Below are positions 8,388 through 18,603 of a stretch of DNA of 64,000 nt, piece by piece. Under the pieces are notes generated by a model. It was not told where the DNA came from. It searched no databases and saw only the letters and a list, made by a program, of their open reading frames with translations. A program made the translations under genes and the position numbers. How positions within the stretch are numbered: the first letter of the stretch is position 1; each line of letters begins with the position of its first letter. Source of the DNA: a bacterium (GTDB lineage Bacteria; SAR324; XYD2-FULL-50-16). The DNA is taken from assembly GCA_032250835.1 (NCBI GenBank), contig JAVVEA010000012.1, forward strand, positions 32,001 to 96,000, in the 5' to 3' direction.

Positions 8388-11062
8388 GCGCAAACTTCCA
8401 CAACCGAAATGCCTTGGCCTTTCAGGCCTATTTGGACCGGGCCCAGGGGGACTTCAAGCCCAGCGAGACGTTACGCTTCGACCCCCACTGCCACGACTTC
8501 AACTCCTCAGAGCCCGACGAGCTTTGGGGCCGCATCTTGCGGCTGCCTGAAACCTGGCTCTCTAGCGAAGACCTGCTGCGCAACCTGACGGCTCAGGGCT
8601 GCCAAGCCAAAACCATCACCAACCACAACAACGCGCTGAGTTGTTGGCAGATGATGGATAAAGGGCATGACATCTTGCCGGGCGCGGAGTTTACCTGCAC
8701 CTTCCCTGAGTGGACCTTAAAAATCCACGTGCTGGTTTATGGCTTCACGCCGGACCAGGAGGTCCGGTTGGCCAAGTTACGCAAGAACGTTTACCGCTTT
8801 GCTGCTTACTGCCGCCAAGAAAACCTCCCGACCATCTTGCCGCACCCCTTGTTTTTCTACCGCGAGGGCCAACAACCGCCGCCGGACCTGTTGGAAAAAT
8901 ACGCCATGCTCTTTGAGCGCTTTGAGGTGCTCAACGGACAGCGGGACGTCTGGCAGAATCACTTGACGGCCCGCTGGGTGGCGGGGATCGACGACGAAAA
9001 AATGCGGCGTTGGTCCAAAAAACATGGCCTGGACCCCGCCGAGTTTTGCAGCCATCCCTTCAAAAAGTCGGTTACCGGTGGCTCAGACGACCACATCGGG
9101 GCCTTTGCGGGCTCTTGCGGGACCTTGCTTGAAGTGCCCAACTTGGCCGAACGCTTAAAGACCGAGAAAGCCAGCGCTTTGGCTTTAGAAGCGTTGCGCG
9201 CAGGCCGCACCCGGCCCTTTGGCTTGATTGCCGAAGAAGAAAAATTGCACTTGGCGCTGCTCGATTACTTTGCCCAGGTGGCCCGTAACATCAAGGACCC
9301 CGGCATGCTCCGCTTGCTGCTGCACCGGGGCAGCACCAGCGACAAGCTTTCTTGTCTGGCCTTAGGCAACTTGATGATGGAGTTGCAGCGCCATAAATAC
9401 ACCATGAAGTTCTTCACCGTCTTCCACCAAGCCTTAGCGGGCAAAAGGCCGAGCTTTTTGCTCAAGCACAGCGTGGCGAAGGACTACAAACCCGCGATCC
9501 AGTGGATCGATCAATTGGCCACCGCCAAACAGGCGGGGATGGAGCCCTTCCAAAAGAGCCTTAAAAAGGTCTTGCCGGGCCTGTTCCGCAGCTTAGAGGA
9601 CATCTTGGTGCGCCGGGTCAAAGAAGAAGTATCCGGCGGTTTGGACCTTGAGGCCTTGACCCAGTTGGACGCCGAAGACTTGATCTTGCGCTTTGAAGCG
9701 CCCAGCCGCTTAAGGAGTTTGTTGGGCAGCGAGCCGACCCAGGGACGGCGCATGAGCGAGGTACACTTAGCCAAAACCTTGGACCGCCTGTCCTTCCCGG
9801 CCTTGGCATCTTTGGTCTTGGCCGGTTCGCTTTTGGGCAGCAGCCGGGCCCTTTACCAAAACCGCGAGTTCCTCAACCAAGTGGCCGCGAAGATCGACGC
9901 GCCCCAACACCCCAAGCGGGTTTTGTGGCTGACCGATAGCTTGGGCGATAAAAACGGGGTGGCTAAGGTGCTTGAAGCGACGTTGGACGAAGCCCGGCGG
10001 CGCGACCTGCCGATTGATTTTTTGGTCTGCGACTCTGAGATGGAATCGGGCGAACACTTACATGTCTTAAAACCGCTGGTTGAGTTTGATTTGCCCCAGT
10101 TCGGGGGACAAAAGTTCCGCGTCCCGGACCTGTTAGAGGTCCACCAACTCTTCCAGGAAGGCGGCTATGACCGGATTGTCTGTTCTACCGAGTTGTTGAT
10201 GGGGCCGGTGGCGCTGTTCCTTAAAGAAGCCTTTAAGGTGCCCGCCCATTTCTTTATGCACACCGACTGGCTCGATTTCGCCCACCGTAGTTTGGGGCTG
10301 GACCAGCAGGGGCAAGACCGGGTCCGGCGTCTGCTGCGCGCCCTTTATTCGCGCTTCGATGGCATCTTTGCGTTAAACAAAGAGCATGGCGATTGGTTGG
10401 CCAGCAGCCAGATGGAGATCCCGGCCGATCAGATCCATTTAACCGCCCATTGGGTGGATCAGCGGTTCACCCCCCAAGCCGGTGCGCGGGCCCGCTTTTT
10501 TGGCGACCTGGACCCCAAGGCCCCGGTGCTGCTCTTTGCCGGGCGGCTCTCGAAGGAAAAAGGGGTGATGGACCTGCCTTACTTGTACGAGAAATTGCAG
10601 GAGCAGTACCCCAGCGCCCAGATGGTTTTTGCCGGGAGCGGCCCGGCTGAGGCAGCGCTCAAAGCAGCCATGCCCCAGGCCCGTTTTTTGGGCTGGGTCG
10701 ATTCCGCCCAATTACCGGAGCTTTACTCGGCGGTGGATTTGCTGCTACTGCCCTCTAGGTTCGACACCTTTGGCTGTGTCGTTTTAGAAGCACTCAGTTG
10801 CGGTACGCCCGTTGCCGCTTATGACACCAAGGGCCCTAGAGATATATTGTCACAAGGCGGGGGGATTTTGGCCGACAACGCGAAAGAATTGGCCGCTAAG
10901 ATTTTAGCGCAATTGCAAAGCCCCTCGGGGCTGAAGTCCCTGCACCGGCCTGCCTTGCAGCGTTCGCAAGATTACCAAGCCCAAGAGATTATGGACCAGT
11001 TGCTTAGCGACTTAGGCTTGCCACAAGAACCAAAGACCCAGAAGGTTTCGCTGGCAGGTTAG
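8384..11062 (+). CDS. Fusion of a PHP-family phosphoesterase domain and a GT4 glycosyltransferase
   Basis: PHP motifs DPHCHD, TITNHN, GAEFT, LPHP, FEVLNG, GGSDDH; GT4 motifs FAGRLSKEKG and PSRFDTFGCVVLEA; ATGA overlap with the upstream gene. Confidence 0.85.
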   Translation: MSANFHNRNALAFQAYLDRAQGDFKPSETLRFDPHCHDFNSSEPDELWGRILRLPETWLSSEDLLRNLTAQGCQAKTITNHNNALSCWQMMDKGHDILPGAEFTCTFPEWTLKIHVLVYGFTPDQEVRLAKLRKNVYRFAAYCRQENLPTILPHPLFFYREGQQPPPDLLEKYAMLFERFEVLNGQRDVWQNHLTARWVAGIDDEKMRRWSKKHGLDPAEFCSHPFKKSVTGGSDDHIGAFAGSCGTLLEVPNLAERLKTEKASALALEALRAGRTRPFGLIAEEEKLHLALLDYFAQVARNIKDPGMLRLLLHRGSTSDKLSCLALGNLMMELQRHKYTMKFFTVFHQALAGKRPSFLLKHSVAKDYKPAIQWIDQLATAKQAGMEPFQKSLKKVLPGLFRSLEDILVRRVKEEVSGGLDLEALTQLDAEDLILRFEAPSRLRSLLGSEPTQGRRMSEVHLAKTLDRLSFPALASLVLAGSLLGSSRALYQNREFLNQVAAKIDAPQHPKRVLWLTDSLGDKNGVAKVLEATLDEARRRDLPIDFLVCDSEMESGEHLHVLKPLVEFDLPQFGGQKFRVPDLLEVHQLFQEGGYDRIVCSTELLMGPVALFLKEAFKVPAHFFMHTDWLDFAHRSLGLDQQGQDRVRRLLRALYSRFDGIFALNKEHGDWLASSQMEIPADQIHLTAHWVDQRFTPQAGARARFFGDLDPKAPVLLFAGRLSKEKGVMDLPYLYEKLQEQYPSAQMVFAGSGPAEAALKAAMPQARFLGWVDSAQLPELYSAVDLLLLPSRFDTFGCVVLEALSCGTPVAAYDTKGPRDILSQGGGILADNAKELAAKILAQLQSPSGLKSLHRPALQRSQDYQAQEIMDQLLSDLGLPQEPKTQKVSLAG

Positions 11063-11085
11063 GTCGCGCTCTAGGGCCCATTCGG

Positions 11086-11107
11086 GAAAAAGCGCCGGGG
11101 CTTTTTT
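11086..11107. terminator. Possible weak bidirectional terminator
   Basis: AAAAAGC-gccggg-GCTTTTTT between convergent genes. Confidence 0.35.
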
Positions 11108-11323
11108 GGGCTCTTAGCGAGCGCTAGGCCCCGGAAGGATAAAAAGACTTGGGGGGTGCGGTTATGCTGCGCCCCCTACCGAGAACTTTGAGAGCGAAGG
11201 GCGGGCACTGCGGGTTTGGCCCAGCCGCCGAACCCCTCTGCCCCCGGGGCACAAAATTACTGGAAACATTCAAGGAAAGGGCGTCTTTCTTTGGCTAGCA
11301 AAGCCGCTAAAAGGACCATTTGC

Positions 11324-12220
11324 TTAAGTCAGGTTGCGTTGCGGCGTCAAATTACGCACATCCACACTGACCTTGAGTTGGTGGCTTCCGCCGCCGTAGA
11401 TCACGCCTTTGAGCGGCGTTACGTCGGCGAAGTCGCGGCCCCAGGCGCAGGTGATGTGGCGGTCATTGGGGATCAAGTTGTTGGTGGGGTCGAAATCCAC
11501 CCAGCCTTCGTGGGGCACATAGACCGAGAACCAAGCGTGGGAGGCGTCCACCCCGACCAGCTTGGGCTTGCCGACCGGCGGTTGGGTTTCTAAATAGCCG
11601 CTCACGTACCTAGCCGCCAGCCCCATGGACCGCACGCAGGCAATGGCCAGATGGGCGAAGTCTTGGCAGACCCCTTGGCGCTTGGCCAAAACCTGGGTCA
11701 AAGGGGTGGAGATGGTGGTGGAGCCCGAAACATAGGCAAAATCTCGGTAGATCCGCCCCATCAAGTCCACCACTGCGTCCATTAAGATCCTCCCCGGCCA
11801 GAAGCTAGGCAGAGCGTACTCGTGCACCTCGGGGATTTGGGGCAGTTGGGGTGATGCGAAGGTGAATCCCTTGGCGTCAATCAGCTTGGCAGTGGTCGGC
11901 TTAGCTAAGATCGCTACCGCCTCTTCCCAGGGGGCTAGATGGTCGCCCGAGACGGGGGCGTCTAAGGTTTCGACGGTAACCAAGGAACTCATGGTGACCA
12001 TCATCTTCTGGTGCGGTTCTTGGAGCGTAAAGAAACTAACCTTATTGCCGAAGATGTCGCGCCGCTCGCTATAGTCCTGTGCCCTGGGCGAAACGGAAAT
12101 CTCGCTTTTTTGGCAAATCTGGTGGCTGAAACTGCGCGGGCAGAGCCTCGCCTCGTTGTAACTCTGACTGACCGGTTCGGCGTATTCGTATTCGGTGCGG
12201 TGGGTGATTTCGTAGATCAC
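11324..12220 (-). CDS. Transglutaminase family protein (Bact_transglu_N plus core)
   Basis: YEITHRTEYEY N-terminal domain; triad GVCQD, ASHAW, DFDPT; GRDFADV; GTG at 12220 overlaps the upstream TGA. Confidence 0.9.
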   Translation of the reverse strand: MIYEITHRTEYEYAEPVSQSYNEARLCPRSFSHQICQKSEISVSPRAQDYSERRDIFGNKVSFFTLQEPHQKMMVTMSSLVTVETLDAPVSGDHLAPWEEAVAILAKPTTAKLIDAKGFTFASPQLPQIPEVHEYALPSFWPGRILMDAVVDLMGRIYRDFAYVSGSTTISTPLTQVLAKRQGVCQDFAHLAIACVRSMGLAARYVSGYLETQPPVGKPKLVGVDASHAWFSVYVPHEGWVDFDPTNNLIPNDRHITCAWGRDFADVTPLKGVIYGGGSHQLKVSVDVRNLTPQRNLT

Positions 12221-14760
12221 AGGGCTTCCTCCGTACCGGTCAACTGGTGGCGTTTGATGGCATGAGCAAAGTAGGCATTGTTGATGTAGTCCGAAGCCTC
12301 GGCAAGGCATTGGGCGATCTCGTCGCAGAGGGCATCCAGACCAGCACGGCGGCCATCCACCTCGCGGACCAACTCGTTCATGTCACTTAAGTTTAAGGCC
12401 GTATAGGCTTTCAGGATCAACTTGCCTTCTTCTTTGATGCCCTGACCAATCTTAAAGGGCGGAAGGAACTTTAGGTGTTCGGACAAGGATTCTAGCTGGA
12501 ACAACACCGAGCGCGGGTTTTGGCCGTTGATCAACAGAAACCTTAAGATGTCTTTGGACCCAAAATTGGTGTGGTGCAGCCTGCGGTAAGAGATCAGGCT
12601 TTCCATCGCGGTCAGCAGCGTCTCTTTGGCAATCTGGCCCACAATGGACTCATCAGCTTCGCCGACCATGCTGGGGATCAAAGAAACGGCCAAGGTAGCG
12701 CGCTCTAAGCGCCGCCCCAACATCAGCAAACGCCAACCCAGGTCTTGGGTCATGTTTTCAATGTTTTGGCCCGAAAAAGCGGCGAGCGGCACCACCGCAC
12801 GGTCGAGGTCGATCAACAGACGATTCAAACCAATCCGTTCGGTATTCGCCAGATGGTCCAGCGCCTGTTTGAGCTGGTTTAAGATGCGCCAGGTGTCGTT
12901 AGACCAACGCTCGCGCACCGAAAAGGTGGCCTGCATCAGTGAGCGTAGGTTATAAGCCAAGGTGCCGGGCCGGTTGGCGTTACCCACCACGTCCAGCAAT
13001 TCGGCCTTAGGGTGGGCCAATCGTTCTTCGGGCTCTTCTTCGACAAAGCCAGGGTAGGTATTGGTCAGGCGGGTTAGGGCCTGTAACATAATCGCCAAGG
13101 CTTCTTGGTCGGCCTGGGAATCAAAATCAGAAATCTGGTTGAAGTGCTGGACCACAATCCGGATGAACCGGACCGTCTGTTCGGCCCGCTCAGCGTAGCG
13201 CCCGACCCAAAATAGCTGCTGAGCGCTGCGAGAAGACAGGGTGGTCATCTGCTCGTTGATGCGCTCCGAGGTATCTAGTTGGGGGCGCGGGTTGAAGCTG
13301 AGCATGCGGTGACCCAAGACCCAGGTGTCTTTGGCGACTGCGTCGCTCTGGTGCGGGACCACCGTAACGTCTTGGTTGGTAGCGCAGCGCGAAAGCCCGC
13401 CGGGCATGACGTGGTATTCATCGTCCTTGGCGGTCAGGAAAAACCGGGTCATCAGGTGGCGCGGCTCGATCCCTTCGGCCCCTAAGATCGGAGAGGTCGA
13501 GGTATTGAGCACCCGCTGGCCCACGTAGCTCGAAGGATTGGCCTGGATCTTCGCCGCCCATTCGGCCCGCTCGGCGGGGCTGAGTGCAAAGCCAAGGGTC
13601 GAGGCCATGCCCACGGGACGGAAAACCGGCGAGAGCATCATTTGGTCCATCTCGTCCAGAACCGTCCGGAGGCCCTCAGGTTGACCGCACCAATAGGTAT
13701 CGGGCATGGGCAAAAGCAGATCTTCTCCCAGCAATTCCTTGGCAATTGCGGGCAAAAAGGGAAACAGGGCGGGGTTTTCTAAAATCCCCGCCCCGGCGGG
13801 GTTGATCAAGGTAACGGTCTTGCGACGCACCGCTTCGATCAAGCCGGGCACCCCATAAAAGGCGTCGGATTCGATTTCTAGGGGGTCCAAGTGGCGGTCT
13901 TCAATCCGCCGCAAGATGATGTCCACCGGCTTGAGGCCGTCTAAGGACTTCATAAAAATACGGCCATCACGGAAGATCAGGTCTTCGCCCTGAACCAACG
14001 TGATCCCCAAATAAGACGCCAGATAGGCGTTTTCAAAATGATTCTCTTGCTCGGGGCCTCGGGCCAACAGCACCAAGTTGGGTTCGCCCCGGGTTTCGGG
14101 GGCGTTCTCTACCATCCCTTCTTGCAGCAAGTTAAAGAACTCACTCAAGCGGCGGATGCGGTAGCGGGTGAAAAAGTCGGGCATCGCCTTGGCCATGGCC
14201 TTGCGGTTCTCGATGGCATACCCCGCACCGGGCGTTTCTTGGGTATGGTCGCGGACCACAAAAAATCGGCCATCGGGGCCACGGGCAATATCGGCGGCAT
14301 ACTGGATTAGAGGGGTGTCCCAGTTTTCGTACAGCTTGTCGCAGGCACGGATAAAATGAGAATGCTGGTGGACCAGTTCTAGCGGCAAGAGACCCAAGCG
14401 GATCAAGCGGCGCGGGCCGTATAGGTCTTTAAAAAGCTCGTTGAGAAGGCGGGCGCGTTGTTTGAGCGCCGCCTCTAAAAAGGCCCATTCGCCTTCTTGG
14501 ACCATCGAAGGGAGGCCGTCGAACTGCCAAGGGCGCATGCCCATCTGTTGGAAGTCTCCAACCTCATAGGTGACCCCGGTCTCACGTAGCAACAATTGGG
14601 CTTGCTGGTGGGTGCGGTAGAGCTCGTCAAAGCCCATAGACTCCCAATCGCCGACCATGTTCTTCCAGTGGTCGCGGAGGCTGCCATCAGGAAAAAACCA
14701 CTCGTCAAACCCACCGGGAGGTTGCCGGTAAGCCTTAAACAGTTTGGCGCCTTGATTCAT
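12217..14760 (-). CDS. Circularly permuted type 2 ATP-grasp protein fused to an alpha-E domain
   Basis: LKQRARLLN, PGAGYAIENR, LDPLE, GVPGL, VMPGGLSR, KDTWV; alpha-E motifs FWVGRYAERAE and LGRRLERA. Confidence 0.9.
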   Translation of the reverse strand: MNQGAKLFKAYRQPPGGFDEWFFPDGSLRDHWKNMVGDWESMGFDELYRTHQQAQLLLRETGVTYEVGDFQQMGMRPWQFDGLPSMVQEGEWAFLEAALKQRARLLNELFKDLYGPRRLIRLGLLPLELVHQHSHFIRACDKLYENWDTPLIQYAADIARGPDGRFFVVRDHTQETPGAGYAIENRKAMAKAMPDFFTRYRIRRLSEFFNLLQEGMVENAPETRGEPNLVLLARGPEQENHFENAYLASYLGITLVQGEDLIFRDGRIFMKSLDGLKPVDIILRRIEDRHLDPLEIESDAFYGVPGLIEAVRRKTVTLINPAGAGILENPALFPFLPAIAKELLGEDLLLPMPDTYWCGQPEGLRTVLDEMDQMMLSPVFRPVGMASTLGFALSPAERAEWAAKIQANPSSYVGQRVLNTSTSPILGAEGIEPRHLMTRFFLTAKDDEYHVMPGGLSRCATNQDVTVVPHQSDAVAKDTWVLGHRMLSFNPRPQLDTSERINEQMTTLSSRSAQQLFWVGRYAERAEQTVRFIRIVVQHFNQISDFDSQADQEALAIMLQALTRLTNTYPGFVEEEPEERLAHPKAELLDVVGNANRPGTLAYNLRSLMQATFSVRERWSNDTWRILNQLKQALDHLANTERIGLNRLLIDLDRAVVPLAAFSGQNIENMTQDLGWRLLMLGRRLERATLAVSLIPSMVGEADESIVGQIAKETLLTAMESLISYRRLHHTNFGSKDILRFLLINGQNPRSVLFQLESLSEHLKFLPPFKIGQGIKEEGKLILKAYTALNLSDMNELVREVDGRRAGLDALCDEIAQCLAEASDYINNAYFAHAIKRHQLTGTEEAL

Positions 14761-17700
14761 CGAAGTCTAAGGTCCAGAGTGTAGGGGTATTCAGCATTGC
14801 GGACCGGTGGTTTGATCTCCACGGGATTGGGGTCAAAGGCTTTGGGCTCTACATAGTTCCCGCTTTTTATTTTTCCTGGTCCGGCGGGCATCTGAGGCAC
14901 CGCGGCGACTAGTTGCTCCGGCGTGTGGCCAAAGTCCCAGAATCGGTTGATCCGCCGTGACTCCGCTTCAAAGGAATTGACCGGGAAGACTTCATAGCTA
15001 CGTCCGCCGGGGTGGGTCACGAAATAATTGCAACCGCCCAGGATGGTCTTGTTACGCAGGTCCACTAGGTCAAAGGTCAGCTTGGGCTCCACCGGGATAT
15101 TGGGGTGCAACGCCGAAGGGGGATTCCAGGCCAAATGCCGGATGCCCGCCACATATTCGCCTTCCGTACCCGTCGAAACCATGGGCACCGGGCGTCCGTT
15201 GCATTGTAACTGGAAGCGCTCGGGGATGAACCCAAACAGTTTGACCTGCAACCGCTCGACCGAAGAATCCACAAACCGCGCGGTGCCTTGGCTGGTCACT
15301 TCTTCACCCAAAACGTTCCAGGGCTCAATGCCCATGGTCAGTTCCATCTTGACCTCACCCACCTGCACCCGGCCATAGAGCGGGAAGCGGAACTCCAAGA
15401 AGGGAGCCAGCCATTCTAACTGGAAGGGGAAGCCCGCCCGTTGTAGGTCTTGGGTTACTTCCTTCATGTCTTCCCAGATATAATGAGGCAACATGAACTT
15501 ATCATGCAGTTGGGTGCCCCACCGCACCAGTTGCCCTTCATAGGGCTTCTGCCAAAAGTGCGCCAGCAGAGTGCGGATCAACAGCAGCTGGGTGAGGTTC
15601 ATCTGGTAATGGGGCGGCATCTCATAACCCCTAAACTCCAAAAGCCCCAACCGGCCCGTGGGGCTGTCTGGCGAATAGAGCTTATCGATGCAGAACTCAG
15701 CCCGGTGCGTGTTGCCCGAGATGTCCACCAGCAGGTTACGCAGGATGCGGTCCACCAGCCAAGGCTGGGAGACGTTGCCTTTAGGCAGTTGCGAGAAGGC
15801 CAACTCCAACTCAAACAAGATGGCGTCGCGCCCTTCGTCCACCCGAGGAGCCTGAGAGGTAGGGCCCACAAAAAGGCCCGAGAAGAGGTACGACAAACCG
15901 GGGTGGTGCTGCCAATAGGTGATCAGGCTCCGCAACAGGTCGGGTCGGCGCAACAGCGGGCTGTCGGCGGGGGTCGCCCCGCCTAAGGTGACGTGGTTGC
16001 CGCCGCCGGTACCGGTGGGGCGGCCGTCGAGCATGTACTTTTCCGAACCCAGCCGGGCTAGCCGGGCCTGTTCGTAAAGCGACTTGGTCTTGTCGACCAA
16101 CTCCCCCCAAGAGCGGGAAGGGTGGACGTTGACCTCAATGACGCCAGGGTCCGGGGTGATCATGAATTTCTCGATCCGCCGGTCTGGCGGGGGATCGTAA
16201 CCTTCCAAGATCACCTTAATACCCGTTTCTTTCGAGGCCTGCTCCACCAACCGGACCATCGCCGCAAAGGGCTCAAGGTCCTTAAAGGGCGGCAAGAACA
16301 AGAACAGGCGGCCTTCGCGGACCTCTAGGGTCATGGCCGTTTGGATCGTTTCGGTCCAAAGGTCCACTTGGGGCGTTTTGAGGTAGTCGGCGGGATTTTC
16401 CAACAGCGGGGGGACCTCTTCGAAGAGGCTCCGTTCGGCTTCGATTTGCTTTTTTTCTTCTTCGGTCAGCGCCAAGCGGTCTAAGGGTAGTCGGAAGCCC
16501 GCCGCCGAATTGCCGGGCACCAAAAAGAGCTGTTCGGTGCGGAATTTCCATTTGGAACTTTGGAAACAGCTAAACTCGCGGTTCCATTTAAGCGGCATGA
16601 CCAAAGCCGCCTCTTGCCCCAGGTCGTCCATCAAGAGTTCGGCCAGTTTGCGCCGCTCCAGCGGATCTTTTAGCCCCGCTTTGCGGGGGTCTAAGTTGGT
16701 GGGGACGCGGCCCTCTTCCCAGGCAAAATAGACAACGTCTTCAAAGGCATCGATCCAAAAAGAATCGGGCACCTGAATGGCCTGGCTCAGCGCTTTCGCA
16801 AATTTGCGGGCCTGTTTACGGCCATAGTTTAATTCTTCGGTGTCCAAGGCTTGTAGGCTCGGGTCTTGCCAAAGCGGCAACCCGTCTTTGCGCCAATAAC
16901 AGGCCTTTTTCCAGCGGGGCAGCGGCTCGCCAGGATACCACTTCCCTTGGCCAAACTGCAACAAAGCGCCAGGGGCCCATTGCTCCTTGAGGCGGATCAG
17001 CAGGTCGTTAGACAGTTGGCGCTTGTGTTTGCCATCGGCGTCGGTATTCCACTGGGCGGCTTCGTAGTCGTCGACAGACACAAAGGTGGGTTCTCCGCCG
17101 ATGGTCAGGCGCACGTCTTCTTGTTCTAAAACGTGGTCGACCTGATAGCCCAATTGGTCGATCCGCGCCCAAGTGGCTTCGTCGTAAGGTTTGGTGATCC
17201 GGGGGTCCTCGTGGATACGGATGACCTTATTCTCAAAAGAGAAGTCTACCTCACAAGGGTCGGTCGCGCCGGTGATGGCCGCCGCCGATTGGGGGTCTGG
17301 GGTGGCCGAAAGGGGGATGTGTCCCTCGCCAGCGAAGAGCCCGCTGGTCGGGTCGAGCCCCACCCAGCCAGCACCGGGAAGGTATACTTCGCACCAAGCA
17401 TGTAAATCGGTAAAGTCCGCTTCGGGGCCACTAGGGCCGTCGAGCGACTTTTCGTCGGTCTTGAGTTGCACCAAATAGCCCGAGACGAAACGTGCCGCCA
17501 GACCTAAATGCCGCAGCACCTCCACCAGCAACCAAGCAAAATCGCGGCAAGAGCCCGAATGTTTGGTTAGAGTCTCTTCACAGGTCTGGATGCCCGGTTC
17601 CAGGCGGATATTATAAGAAAGGTCCTGATAAACCTTTTGGTTGATGTTCACCAAAAAGTCGACAATCGGCACCTTTTTATGCCCCTTGACCTGCAAAGCC

Positions 17701-18095
17701 TCGATCCAATGGAGCAGCTTTTGCCCCTGGTCCTTGATCTCTAGGTAAGGGGCTAGGTCTTTTTTCAGTCGGTCATCGTAGGCAAAGGGATAGGCTTCGG
17801 CCTCTTCGTCTACAAAGAAGTCAAAGGGGTTGATCACCTTTAAGTCGGCGATGACCTCAACCTCGATCCGGAATCGGTCGGTTGGCTCCGGGAAGACCAA
17901 CCGGGCAAGGTAATTGCCGAAGGGGTCCTGTTGCCAGTTGATGAAGTGTTCTTCTGGATAGACCTTAAAGCCATACCCTAAGATCGGGGTGCGGCTGTGG
18001 GCGGCGGGCCGCAGGCGGACTACATGCGGGCTCATCGCCACACGGCGGTCGAAGCGGTATTCGGTGTTGTGGATCAGTTTGATGCGGATGGTCAT
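14757..18095 (-). CDS. Transglutaminase plus DUF2126 (putative amidoligase) protein
   Basis: GSCRD, DLHAW and GLDPT triad; LTIGGEPTFVS, TPDPGVIEVN, GTGGGNH, GNTHRAEFCIDKL; ATG at 18095 follows AAAGGGGAG. Confidence 0.9.
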   Translation of the reverse strand: MTIRIKLIHNTEYRFDRRVAMSPHVVRLRPAAHSRTPILGYGFKVYPEEHFINWQQDPFGNYLARLVFPEPTDRFRIEVEVIADLKVINPFDFFVDEEAEAYPFAYDDRLKKDLAPYLEIKDQGQKLLHWIEALQVKGHKKVPIVDFLVNINQKVYQDLSYNIRLEPGIQTCEETLTKHSGSCRDFAWLLVEVLRHLGLAARFVSGYLVQLKTDEKSLDGPSGPEADFTDLHAWCEVYLPGAGWVGLDPTSGLFAGEGHIPLSATPDPQSAAAITGATDPCEVDFSFENKVIRIHEDPRITKPYDEATWARIDQLGYQVDHVLEQEDVRLTIGGEPTFVSVDDYEAAQWNTDADGKHKRQLSNDLLIRLKEQWAPGALLQFGQGKWYPGEPLPRWKKACYWRKDGLPLWQDPSLQALDTEELNYGRKQARKFAKALSQAIQVPDSFWIDAFEDVVYFAWEEGRVPTNLDPRKAGLKDPLERRKLAELLMDDLGQEAALVMPLKWNREFSCFQSSKWKFRTEQLFLVPGNSAAGFRLPLDRLALTEEEKKQIEAERSLFEEVPPLLENPADYLKTPQVDLWTETIQTAMTLEVREGRLFLFLPPFKDLEPFAAMVRLVEQASKETGIKVILEGYDPPPDRRIEKFMITPDPGVIEVNVHPSRSWGELVDKTKSLYEQARLARLGSEKYMLDGRPTGTGGGNHVTLGGATPADSPLLRRPDLLRSLITYWQHHPGLSYLFSGLFVGPTSQAPRVDEGRDAILFELELAFSQLPKGNVSQPWLVDRILRNLLVDISGNTHRAEFCIDKLYSPDSPTGRLGLLEFRGYEMPPHYQMNLTQLLLIRTLLAHFWQKPYEGQLVRWGTQLHDKFMLPHYIWEDMKEVTQDLQRAGFPFQLEWLAPFLEFRFPLYGRVQVGEVKMELTMGIEPWNVLGEEVTSQGTARFVDSSVERLQVKLFGFIPERFQLQCNGRPVPMVSTGTEGEYVAGIRHLAWNPPSALHPNIPVEPKLTFDLVDLRNKTILGGCNYFVTHPGGRSYEVFPVNSFEAESRRINRFWDFGHTPEQLVAAVPQMPAGPGKIKSGNYVEPKAFDPNPVEIKPPVRNAEYPYTLDLRLR

Positions 18096-18248
18096 GGGCT
18101 CCCCTTTGGTGGCATCTGAAGTGTAATGCTCAAGACCCCCGAAATCAAGCAAGCAAATCTTTTCTGATCATTTTAACAGCCCTTGCTGGAACCCTTAGCT
18201 TCGATGGATTCCACGATCCTTTAAGAGGAAGGCTAAGTGGGTGGTGAG

Positions 18249-18270
18249 TGAATATTTTGGACAATATTCA
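18249..18270. promoter_or_regulatory. Palindromic candidate operator upstream of napD
   Basis: TGAATATT-ttggac-AATATTCA, perfect 8-6-8 inverted repeat in a divergent intergenic region. Confidence 0.45.
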
Positions 18271-18337
18271 TTTTTTTCTTGGTGCAACCCCCTAGGTCTG
18301 TTACATTAGCGCAAAACCCTGTTTATGAGGACGATGG

Positions 18338-18568
18338 ATGTTGATTTCCGCCCTTTACTTGCTCTTTGATCCCAAATTCGATGCCCCCTTGCACCGGGAA
18401 TTGTCTGCGCAGCCGGGCTTGGACCTACAGACCGAAGAACCGGGCCGCATGATTTTGACCCTAGAAGCCCAAGACGAAGAGTCCTCAGCCCGTCGGCTCA
18501 GAGAACTGATCGGCTTGCCCGGTGTTTTGGACGTGCAGGTAACCGGATTTTATAGTGAACCCAGTTGA
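18338..18568 (+). CDS. napD: NapD chaperone
   Basis: 76 aa with [15 protein letters not shown] and LPGVL patterns; directly upstream of napA; GAGGA SD. Confidence 0.75.
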   Translation: MLISALYLLFDPKFDAPLHRELSAQPGLDLQTEEPGRMILTLEAQDEESSARRLRELIGLPGVLDVQVTGFYSEPS

Positions 18569-18603
18569 GCCTTGAAGACTCAGCCATGCCCCAGGGGAAA
18601 CAA

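Noticed and set aside
11063-11323. ncRNA or REP element between the GT4 gene and the transglutaminase gene
   Set aside because: Several GC-rich hairpins, but no second copy noticed and no promoter; consistent with convergent terminators
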